From NCBI GenBank assembly GCA_964553045.1, contig CAZKJG010000003.1:81829-145828 (forward strand): a stretch of 64,000 bases of DNA, read 5' to 3'. Both the position numbers and the translations under genes were made by a program. Numbering within the stretch: position 1 is the stretch's first letter; each line of letters opens with the position of its first letter. Origin of the DNA: an uncultured bacterium (GTDB lineage Bacteria; Fermentibacterota; Fermentibacteria; Fermentibacterales; JCC-6). The notes under the pieces were generated by a model. It did no database searches. It was not told where the DNA came from and saw only the letters and a program-made list of their open reading frames with translations. Below, piece after piece: positions 27,924-35,431 of the stretch.

Positions 27924-28679
27924 TCAACCTCCCCGGGACCATTCGCAGCTCTCGACGTCGGCGCCGTCGGCGCAGATGGAGACGCCGGCGGAGTCGACCC
28001 GTGCCCAGCTGAAGCTCTTAATCCAGTCCCCCAGAGATAGATGGAGGCCACCTGGAAGGACGCGAAGGGCGGGAACGTGGGTGTGGGCGGTGACCACGAG
28101 GTCGGCCGAATCCAGCTGACCTGCCGCCCATGCGGCCAGGCCGGACGGAAGCTCCTCCATGCTGCGTCTGAGGATACGACGGCTTGTGCCGGAGAAAAGC
28201 CGTGCCAGGCTCCTGCCGGCGTCGGGGTGGAGAAGGCCGAACAGCAGGGCTGAAAGGCGGGAGCGAATGAGAGGCCTCAGCAGAAGGCGGTACCCGAGAT
28301 CTCCATGGCCCAGACCGTCTCCGTGGGTCAGCACCGCCGGCCGGCCGGCCAGCTCGGTCCGCACCACGCGCTCGGTCAGCACCCTGGCTCCCGTGGCCTC
28401 CGCGAAATGTGAACCCAGCCAGCTGTCGTGGTTGCCCGGAAGCGCCCGGATGCTCCATTCGGCGTCGGAAAGTGCCCTGAGGGCGGAGAGAACCCGCCAG
28501 TGGCCGGCCGGGGCCACCGAACGGTATTCGAACCAGAAGTCGAAGAGATCGCCCAGTATCCAGAGGGTTGCAGGATCCCGCCCTTGCAGCCCGCCGAGGA
28601 AGTCGAGAAGCCGCTTACGCCCCGGGTGCTCAATGGATTCGGGAAACAGGTGGGCGTCGGCGATCAGGTAGTGGGTCAC
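27924..28679 (-). CDS. lpxH: UDP-2,3-diacylglucosamine diphosphatase-like metallophosphoesterase
   Basis: ADAHL, LGDLFDFW, PGNHD, HGDGL, AHTH motifs. Confidence 0.75.
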   Translation of the reverse strand: MTHYLIADAHLFPESIEHPGRKRLLDFLGGLQGRDPATLWILGDLFDFWFEYRSVAPAGHWRVLSALRALSDAEWSIRALPGNHDSWLGSHFAEATGARVLTERVVRTELAGRPAVLTHGDGLGHGDLGYRLLLRPLIRSRLSALLFGLLHPDAGRSLARLFSGTSRRILRRSMEELPSGLAAWAAGQLDSADLVVTAHTHVPALRVLPGGLHLSLGDWIKSFSWARVDSAGVSICADGADVESCEWSRGG

Positions 28680-29173
28680 TGCGGGTTCTCTGCGTGCAGA
28701 AGCAGCCGGGAGACCGCTCCGAAACCGGTGGCCGTCGACTGGCTGCCGGGCACGATCAGGAGCACGGAGGGCAGGTGGCCTTGGTCCATGCTCTGGAGGA
28801 TGCAGGAGTCGGCCCGGTAAACGGGCATGGAGAGCTCGAGTCCGTTGACCTGTGTCTGCGCGGCGTTTCGGGCCTCGGCCGTGAGCTGGATCGGCAGAAC
28901 CCTGGCCCTTCCGGTCTCGGTAATCCTGTCCAGAGCCCGAAGGTCCCTCTCGGTGGGGCGGTGGCCCTTGATGGGCAGCCAGAGGTAGACCACGGCGGCG
29001 CTGTCGGCGCCGATGTCCACCGAGTCTCCATTAGGACCCACAACCGCCGCCGGAAGGCGGGCGACGGGGTCTTCATCCGGTGGGGGTTGAGCAGGCGTCG
29101 CGGACCTCTCGCCCTCCGAGCAGGCCATGACAGCCAGAGCAAGCAATGCGGGGAGCTTCCTCGGAATCACCAT
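28676..29173 (-). CDS. Lipoprotein, possibly degenerate thioredoxin/TlpA-like fold lacking CxxC
   Basis: Lipobox LALAVMAC; pattern AVVYLW...RVLPIQL...PVYRAD...LPSVLLI; start about 29173. Confidence 0.55.
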   Translation of the reverse strand: MVIPRKLPALLALAVMACSEGERSATPAQPPPDEDPVARLPAAVVGPNGDSVDIGADSAAVVYLWLPIKGHRPTERDLRALDRITETGRARVLPIQLTAEARNAAQTQVNGLELSMPVYRADSCILQSMDQGHLPSVLLIVPGSQSTATGFGAVSRLLLHAENPQ

Positions 29174-29601
29174 TCGCGGCGAAGGGTGTATACGAGGCAG
29201 CCCCCGGAGCGGTCGGGACCCTCGGCGGCCAGCCCCGCGGCAGGGGTGCTTCCAGCCGGCCCGGGAGGCCAGGGGCGCTTGAGGGCCACGGTGATGCTGC
29301 CGCCTCCGCGGACGGTCAGAAACCGGTAAGGGTAGAGGCTGTGGATGCCTACGGCCAGGCTGTCGGACGGCTGCCGCCGTATTCGCAGGCCGTCTGAAAA
29401 GGCCTGGGCCACGCTGTCCAGGTCGGCCTGTGACCATCCAGTGGTTGAGGAATCCGAACCGGAGACCGGTACCGCCAGCTCCAGCAGGCGGGAGCGGCTG
29501 GCAATTGTGGAGGGGGGATCTCTGAACAGAACGGGGACTGCGGCCAGAGCTGCGACACAGACCATTGTCAGCGCTGCGGGGACCCAGCGGCTCGGTCTCA
29601 A
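29167..29601 (-). CDS. Hypothetical membrane-anchored/exported protein
   Basis: N-terminal hydrophobic helix; sits between and overlaps flanking genes of the same strand. Confidence 0.5.
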   Translation of the reverse strand: MRPSRWVPAALTMVCVAALAAVPVLFRDPPSTIASRSRLLELAVPVSGSDSSTTGWSQADLDSVAQAFSDGLRIRRQPSDSLAVGIHSLYPYRFLTVRGGGSITVALKRPWPPGPAGSTPAAGLAAEGPDRSGGCLVYTLRREW

Positions 29602-29610
29602 GGAAGCTAC

Positions 29611-29829
29611 CTAGGCCTTCCCTCTCACGACAAGCCTGTCACGCAGATGCTCGGGCGCACTGGAACGCAGCAGGTCCTGCACCCGGTTGCGCAGCATCGA
29701 CATGTTGCTGACGCACGAACGGCAGGAAGCGCACTCCTGGAGGTGGTTCTCAAACCGTCTTCGGTCCTCCTCGCCGAGCTCGCCCGAGATGAATTCGTGA
29801 ATATTGCTGTGGACAAAAGAGCAGCTCAA
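29611..29829 (-). CDS. Zinc-binding anti-sigma factor (zf-HC2/ZAS, RshA/RsrA-like)
   Basis: TTG start at 29829 overlapping the sigma stop; C...EFISGEL...FENHLQECASC (HxxxCxxC). Confidence 0.85.
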   Translation of the reverse strand: MSCSFVHSNIHEFISGELGEEDRRRFENHLQECASCRSCVSNMSMLRNRVQDLLRSSAPEHLRDRLVVRGKA

Positions 29830-30398
29830 GCCTTCTTCTCTCCCTCCCGTTTCTCGTACCATTTCTCCAGCCTCTTGCGGAGGTGCGACCGGCCCCTGTG
29901 GATGCGGGACCGCACCGTGCCTATGGGCACACCCAGGATCTCGGCGATCTCCTTGTAGGAGAACCCTTCCACGTCGCATAGAACCACCGCGCTCTTGAAC
30001 GGTTCCGGAAGCTCGTCCAAAGCCTTCTCGATGTCCTCTCGAAGCAGGTCGTTGAGAAACTGGTCGTACGGATCCGGACCGAACTTCCTTATCTCCTCCA
30101 CGCCGTGATGGGGAAGCTCGTCCACCCAATCGCACTGAATCTCCCTCGGACGCCTGCTGGCGGAGCGAATCTGGTTCAGGAACGTGTTCCTCAATATCGC
30201 GAACAGCCATGCCCTGGCATTGGTTCCCAGTGTGTACTGCTCCTCGGCCTTGAAGGCCCTGGCGTAGGTTTCCTGCACCAGGTCGCAGGCGTCCTCGGGG
30301 TTGCGGGTGAGATGGAGGGCGTAGCCGTAGAGGCCGTCTATGAACTCCATCACCTCTTCCTCGAAGAGCTCGCGTCTGCTCTTGCCGTCTTCGGCCAT
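29826..30398 (-). CDS. ECF sigma-70 factor, SigH/SigR-like
   Basis: LYGYALHLTRNPEDACDLVQETY, AWLFAILRN, EGFSYKEIAEILGVPIGTVRSRIHRGR; ATG 30398 after RBS GGAAGGA. Confidence 0.92.
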   Translation of the reverse strand: MAEDGKSRRELFEEEVMEFIDGLYGYALHLTRNPEDACDLVQETYARAFKAEEQYTLGTNARAWLFAILRNTFLNQIRSASRRPREIQCDWVDELPHHGVEEIRKFGPDPYDQFLNDLLREDIEKALDELPEPFKSAVVLCDVEGFSYKEIAEILGVPIGTVRSRIHRGRSHLRKRLEKWYEKREGEKKA

Positions 30399-30433
30399 AC
30401 AATCCTTCCATGGGTAGCCTTCCTGCCCAGGAT

Positions 30434-30462
30434 AGTCTACTAGGGCCCCTGGATACGGGCAA
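30434..30462 (-). promoter_or_regulatory. Putative sigma70-type promoter for the ECF sigma operon
   Basis: Minus strand TTGCCC-N17-TAGACT. Confidence 0.5.
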
Positions 30463-30536
30463 GAGTACGCCTGCGCGGGGGCCGGCGGCGCAGCCTGCGG
30501 GGCGCCTTGGAGGCGTGGACTCGCCAGGTGAATGCG

Positions 30537-30584
30537 GCACAACCAAATGTGCTCATTTGCGCTGCTGGATACTACATGTTGTGT
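30537..30584 (+). promoter_or_regulatory. Tandem NrdR boxes upstream of nrdJ
   Basis: ATACTACATGTTGTGT (30569-30584) matches acaCwAtATaTwGtgt closely. Weaker palindrome GCACAACCAAATGTGC (30537-30552) starts 32 bp upstream, the typical tandem spacing. Confidence 0.7.
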
Positions 30585-30666
30585 TGACAGCGGGAGGGGG
30601 CCCTGCTTACCGTCAATCTATACTCTGCATTTCGACAGCGCTTCATACGTCTGGGGGGGGGGCATA

Positions 30667-33003
30667 TTGGAGGATTCTGAGGCCAGAGAGGATCTCTTCG
30701 GGGAGCGGATCGGCGCCTCCGAGGTCGAGAAGGACAGCCCTTGCCGCTACGAGACGGAGATCCTCGAGCCGGAGCTGTCCGAGAACGCGGTCACGGTCCT
30801 GCGGAAACGGTACCTGCGGCGCACTTCGGAGGGGGAGGTAACCGAGACTCCCAGGGACATGTTCTGGAGGGTGGCCAGAACCGTGGCGTCCGCGGAGGAC
30901 GATCTGGGGGGAGACTCCGAAGGGCGGGCAATCGAGTTCTACAACCTCATGGCGGGAAGGGAGTTCCTGCCGAACTCCCCCACGCTGATGAACGCCGGCC
31001 GGGAGCTGGGCCAGCTCTCCGCCTGTTTCGTCCTCCCCGTGGAGGACTCCATGGAGAGCATATTCGAGGCGGTGAAGCACACTGCGCTGATTCACAAGAG
31101 CGGCGGGGGAACGGGATTCTCCTTCTCCCGCGTTCGGCCGAAGGACGATGCGGTGCATTCCACGAAGGGGGTATCAAGCGGCCCGCTCTCCTTCATGACC
31201 GTGTTCGACAAGGCCACCGAGACGGTGAAGCAGGGGGGCGTCCGCAGGGGGGCCAACATGGCGGTCCTGCGTGTGGACCATCCGGACATCGAGTCTTTCA
31301 TCGACGTCAAGAGGGACATGAAGCGGCTGAACAACTTCAACCTCTCCGTGGCGGCAACCGACCGCTTCATGGACGCGGTGGAAAGCGGGGAGCGCTACGA
31401 CCTGGTCAACCCCCGCACGGGGGAAGCGGCCGCCTCACTGGACGCCGGCGAGGTCTTCGGCAAGCTGGTGGATGCCGCGTGGTCCAGCGGCGAGCCGGGA
31501 CTGATCTTCATCGACCGCATGAACGAGGCCAACCCCACGCCGCACGTAGGCGAGATCGAGGCCACAAATCCCTGCGGCGAGCAGCCGCTTCTGCCCTACG
31601 AGGCCTGCAACCTGGGCTCCATAAACCTCTCGCAGATGGTGAAGGAGGGGGAGACCGGCACGGAGGTGGACTGGTCGAGGCTGGGGCGCGTGGTTCGCCA
31701 GGCCGTGAGGTTCCTGGACGACGTGATAGAGGTGAACCGGTTTCCACTGGAGAAGATAGACCGCATGGTCCGGGGCAACAGAAAGATCGGCCTGGGCGTC
31801 ATGGGCTTCGCCGACATGCTCTACAGGCTGGGCATTCCCTACGATTCACAGGAGGGCCTGGACATGGCGGAGAACGTGATGAGCTTTGTGGCCGACAGGG
31901 CCAGGCAGGCCAGCACCGAGCTGGCCCGGGAGAGGGAGCCCTTCCCCAACTTCCGCGGCAGCACGTACGAGCGGCAGGGCCTGCCGCCCATGCGAAACGC
32001 CACGGTAACCACGATTGCGCCCACCGGGTCCATCTCCATTATCGCCGGCTGCTCCAGCGGAGTCGAACCCGCCTTCGCCCTTGCCTACACGCGCCGAAAC
32101 CTGCTGGACGAGGGCGATGAGCTCAGAGAGGTCAACCCCCTGTTCCGCGATGCCGCCCACGCCGGTGGCTTCCTGTCCGACGAGCTGCTGGAGCGGGTCA
32201 TCGACCATGGGGGCTGCCAGGATATCGACCGGGTTCCCGAAGAGGTCGCCAGGGTCTTCGTAACCTCCCACGACATAGCGCCGGCGTGGCACGTCAGGAT
32301 GCAGGCGGCTTTTCAGAAGTACACGGACAACGCAGTCTCCAAGACGGTGAACATGCCCTCCTCCGCGACCAGGGACGACGTGACCGGGGTGTTCACCCTG
32401 GCCCGCAAGCTGAACTGCAAGGGCGTGACCATATACCGCGACGGAAGCCGTGACCGTCAGGTGCTGAACATAGACAGGGCCGCGGAAGGGCAGGTGACCG
32501 ATTCTATACCCGCTCCTGCCCAGCATACGAGGAAGCCCAGAAGCAGGCCGGAGCTCACCACCGGCACCACCCGCAGAATACAGACCGGCTGCGGCAAGCT
32601 GTACGTAACCATAAACAGCCACGAGAACGTCCCCTTCGAGATCTTCACGCAGATGGGCAAGGCCGGGGGCTGCGCGGCCAGCCAGGCGGAGGCGATCAGC
32701 AGGCTGGTGTCGCTGGCCCTTCGGTCGGGCATTCCTCCCGAGGAGATCTACGGGGAGCTCATGGGAATAAGTTGCCACCGGGTCGTGTGGCAGAAGGGTG
32801 TTCGAATCATGTCATGCGCCGACGCGATAGGTAAGGCCATCCAGTGGCATGACACGGAGACCGCCGGCCGCGGGGCGGTTGCGGAGGACGAACGGAGTCC
32901 GGGTAATCACGCCGGCGCCTGCCCCAACTGCGGGGGGCCGCTGAAGTACGAGTCGGGCTGTGTCTCCTGCGCGCTGAACTGCGGCTACAGCGAGTGCGGC
33001 TAG
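30667..33003 (+). CDS. nrdJ: Class II (adenosylcobalamin-dependent) ribonucleotide reductase with C-terminal TSCPD-type and Zn-ribbon region
   Basis: NSPTLMNAG, LSACF, NPCGEQ, EACNLGS, TIAPTGSIS, YRDGSR, terminal CPNC...CGYSEC; probable TTG start 30667. Confidence 0.95.
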   Translation: MEDSEAREDLFGERIGASEVEKDSPCRYETEILEPELSENAVTVLRKRYLRRTSEGEVTETPRDMFWRVARTVASAEDDLGGDSEGRAIEFYNLMAGREFLPNSPTLMNAGRELGQLSACFVLPVEDSMESIFEAVKHTALIHKSGGGTGFSFSRVRPKDDAVHSTKGVSSGPLSFMTVFDKATETVKQGGVRRGANMAVLRVDHPDIESFIDVKRDMKRLNNFNLSVAATDRFMDAVESGERYDLVNPRTGEAAASLDAGEVFGKLVDAAWSSGEPGLIFIDRMNEANPTPHVGEIEATNPCGEQPLLPYEACNLGSINLSQMVKEGETGTEVDWSRLGRVVRQAVRFLDDVIEVNRFPLEKIDRMVRGNRKIGLGVMGFADMLYRLGIPYDSQEGLDMAENVMSFVADRARQASTELAREREPFPNFRGSTYERQGLPPMRNATVTTIAPTGSISIIAGCSSGVEPAFALAYTRRNLLDEGDELREVNPLFRDAAHAGGFLSDELLERVIDHGGCQDIDRVPEEVARVFVTSHDIAPAWHVRMQAAFQKYTDNAVSKTVNMPSSATRDDVTGVFTLARKLNCKGVTIYRDGSRDRQVLNIDRAAEGQVTDSIPAPAQHTRKPRSRPELTTGTTRRIQTGCGKLYVTINSHENVPFEIFTQMGKAGGCAASQAEAISRLVSLALRSGIPPEEIYGELMGISCHRVVWQKGVRIMSCADAIGKAIQWHDTETAGRGAVAEDERSPGNHAGACPNCGGPLKYESGCVSCALNCGYSECG

Positions 33004-33004
33004 G

Positions 33005-33238
33005 CTAGCCCACTTCGACGCCGCTGCCCTCGAGGGCATCCAGGGCCTCTCCCACGGCCTTGTGGACGTCGCGCATCATGTCGGGGGAGAGGGTGATGCC
33101 CTTTCGGGTGGGTCGCCACTCGCCCTCTTCGTTCATGTAGTAGATGCGGACATTCACGTACTGGCGCCCCTTGAATTCCGACAGTGACACCCGTACGACG
33201 TCCTCGCCCTTCTCGAAATCGGCTATGTGCTTTTCCAT
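33005..33238 (-). CDS. PC4/YdbC-like ssDNA-binding protein
   Basis: VSLSEFKGRQYVNVRIYY...WRPTRKGITL; ATG 33238 after RBS GGAGG. Confidence 0.85.
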   Translation of the reverse strand: MEKHIADFEKGEDVVRVSLSEFKGRQYVNVRIYYMNEEGEWRPTRKGITLSPDMMRDVHKAVGEALDALEGSGVEVG

Positions 33239-33281
33239 GTGCAACCTCCAGAGCGGTCTCATCTGCCTTCGGAAGGCACAA

Positions 33282-33309
33282 ACTCTACACCGCGCGGCAG
33301 CGTCGTCAA
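33282..33309 (-). promoter_or_regulatory. Putative sigma70-type promoter for the PC4-like gene
   Basis: Minus strand TTGACG-N16-TAGAGT. Confidence 0.5.
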
Positions 33310-33329
33310 GAGCGGGAAATGTAGAGGCC

Positions 33330-33731
33330 CTACCGGTCCAGGCCGAAGGAACGCGGCAGAAGAGAGTCCAGCGTGACGGTTTCCACCTTCCCGTCGGGGT
33401 CTGCCATGTGGACGAGCATGGAGGGTGATCCCAGCTCGGCCGCCACCTGCAGGCAGGCGCCGCAGGGCGTGGGGTCGCCGTCGGGGGAGTAGACCAGCAG
33501 CTCGGCGACCTCGGCGCATCCGGAGCTCACCGCCGCGAACAGTGCCGCCCGCTCGGCGCACATGGTGAGGCCGTAGGAGGCGTTCTCCACGTTCACCCCG
33601 CCATGCACGGACCCGTCGGCGCAGAGAACGGAGGCGGTGACCCGGAAGCCCGAATAGGGACAGCGGCAACGGTTCACCAGGCCGCGGGCCGTCTCGAGCA
33701 GCCGGTCTCTGGAAGGCCGTCTGCGGCTCAA
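33330..33731 (-). CDS. cdd: Cytidine deaminase (homotetrameric type)
   Basis: PYSGFRV, GVNVENASYGLTMCAER, PCGAC; TTG start overlapping the deoB stop. Confidence 0.92.
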   Translation of the reverse strand: MSRRRPSRDRLLETARGLVNRCRCPYSGFRVTASVLCADGSVHGGVNVENASYGLTMCAERAALFAAVSSGCAEVAELLVYSPDGDPTPCGACLQVAAELGSPSMLVHMADPDGKVETVTLDSLLPRSFGLDR

Positions 33732-34894
33732 GACGTCACCTCCCCCAGGAATGAGCTTCCGGGGAAGGCCTCCCGCAGACCGAAGTGCTCGGCCAGAGTG
33801 GACGCTACATCGGAGAAGGTGCCCCGCACGCCCAGGTCGACCGCCCGGCCCCCGGGAACCCGGCAGAGCAGCGGCACGTACTCCCGGGAATGGTCGGTGC
33901 TGGGGGTGGTGGGGTCGTTGCCGTGATCTGCGGTGATGATGAGGGGCTCTCCCGGCCGCAGCAGCGACGCCAGCCCGGGAATCGCGGCGTCCACCTGCTC
34001 GAGGCCTCCGCGGAAGCCCTCCACGTCGTTGCGGTGCCCCCATCTCATGTCGAAGTCCACCAGGTTGGCGAAGATGAGTCCGGAGTCCACTTCCGACATC
34101 TGGCGAATCAGGACCTCTATGCCCCGGCCGTTGTCGGGTACGTGCTCGGTGGTTATGGAGCGGTGGGCGAAGAGGTCGTCTATCTTGCCCACTCCGGTCC
34201 GGGGTATTCCGGCGGCGGCCAGGGCGTCGAGGAGCGTTCTGCCTGTGGGCTCCAGCGAGTAGTCGCGGCGGCCGGGGGTCCGGGTGTAGTTGCCGGGGCT
34301 TCCCACGAACGGCCGGGCGATCACCCGGGCCACGCCCAGATAGGGGGGACGCATGATCTCACGGGCCTCCCTGCAGGCCCGGTAGAGCTCTTCGGGCGGG
34401 ACGACCTCCTCGTGGGCCGCTATCTGCAGCACGCTGTCGGCGGAGGTGTAGACTATCAGATCTCCGGTTTCGCGGTGCCGGGGACCCAGCTGGTCTACGA
34501 TCTCGGTTCCCGAGGCGGGCCGGTTGCAGATGATTCCCCGCCCCGTCCTCCGTTTCAGCTCTTCGATGACCCGGGGGGGGAACCCGCGGGGAAAGGTGGG
34601 GAAGGGCTCATCCAGCTGCAGCCCCATCATCTCCCAGTGTCCGGTCGTGGAATCCTTGCCCGCGGAGACCTCGGCCATCCTGCCCCAGGAGGCTTCGGGG
34701 CTCGGGACCGGGGACACTCCCTCTATGCGATGCAGGTTGCCCAGCCCCAGCATCTGGAGATTGGGCAGCGTCAGGCCTTCCACGGCGGAAGCCAGGTTGC
34801 CCAGAGTGTCACTGCCGGAATCCCCGTACTCCCCGGCGTCGGGCAGCTCGCCGGCGCCCACACCGTCGAGAACCAGCACCACGGCCCGGGGCAT
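33728..34894 (-). CDS. deoB: Phosphopentomutase
   Basis: VLDGVGAG, GKDSTTGHWE, YTSADSVLQIAAHE, RVIARPF, NLVDFD..WGHRND, TADHGNDPT. Confidence 0.96.
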   Translation of the reverse strand: MPRAVVLVLDGVGAGELPDAGEYGDSGSDTLGNLASAVEGLTLPNLQMLGLGNLHRIEGVSPVPSPEASWGRMAEVSAGKDSTTGHWEMMGLQLDEPFPTFPRGFPPRVIEELKRRTGRGIICNRPASGTEIVDQLGPRHRETGDLIVYTSADSVLQIAAHEEVVPPEELYRACREAREIMRPPYLGVARVIARPFVGSPGNYTRTPGRRDYSLEPTGRTLLDALAAAGIPRTGVGKIDDLFAHRSITTEHVPDNGRGIEVLIRQMSEVDSGLIFANLVDFDMRWGHRNDVEGFRGGLEQVDAAIPGLASLLRPGEPLIITADHGNDPTTPSTDHSREYVPLLCRVPGGRAVDLGVRGTFSDVASTLAEHFGLREAFPGSSFLGEVTS

Positions 34895-35364
34895 CAGAAG
34901 GTCCGCTCCATGAAGAGCAGTGTCTTGAGCTTGTCGTTGGTGCCGCGAAGGCGATGGGATAGTACCTCGGCGAAGGCCGTCACCACCTTCAGGCCTATGG
35001 CCGGGTTCTCGGTGAATATGCTCCTGAGGTCTCCGTGGCCGAATATGGCCAGTCTCAGGGGCTCGTGTGCGTATACCGAGGCGCTTCGGGGCAGTCTGTC
35101 TATCAGCGCCATCTCACCGAAGAACTCGCCCTCACGGAGCATTCCGATGACCTGCTCGTACTCCCGGTTGCGGCCCTTTATCACCCGGGCCCTTCCCGAG
35201 AGGATGAGGAAGAGGTCGTCTCCGGTCTCCTCCTCGGCTATGACCATCTCGTTGGGGCTGTAGCTTCTGTACCTGGCTGTCTTGACGAAGGGCTCCAGCT
35301 CGGCGGGTGCCAGGTTCCTGAAGAGATAGGCCTTTCGCAGCTTGGAAGTCCTGCTGTTGTTCAC
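34894..35364 (-). CDS. Stand-alone cyclic-nucleotide-binding domain protein (no HTH)
   Basis: GEFFGEMALIDRLPRSAS phosphate-binding cassette; probable GTG start 35364; ends before any HTH. Confidence 0.85.
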   Translation of the reverse strand: MNNSRTSKLRKAYLFRNLAPAELEPFVKTARYRSYSPNEMVIAEEETGDDLFLILSGRARVIKGRNREYEQVIGMLREGEFFGEMALIDRLPRSASVYAHEPLRLAIFGHGDLRSIFTENPAIGLKVVTAFAEVLSHRLRGTNDKLKTLLFMERTF

Positions 35365-35431
35365 GCTTCCTCCCGTCCGCCACAATATCGTCCGCCGGCC
35401 CGGGAGAAGTCCACCCGGCGCGGAGGGGGCA

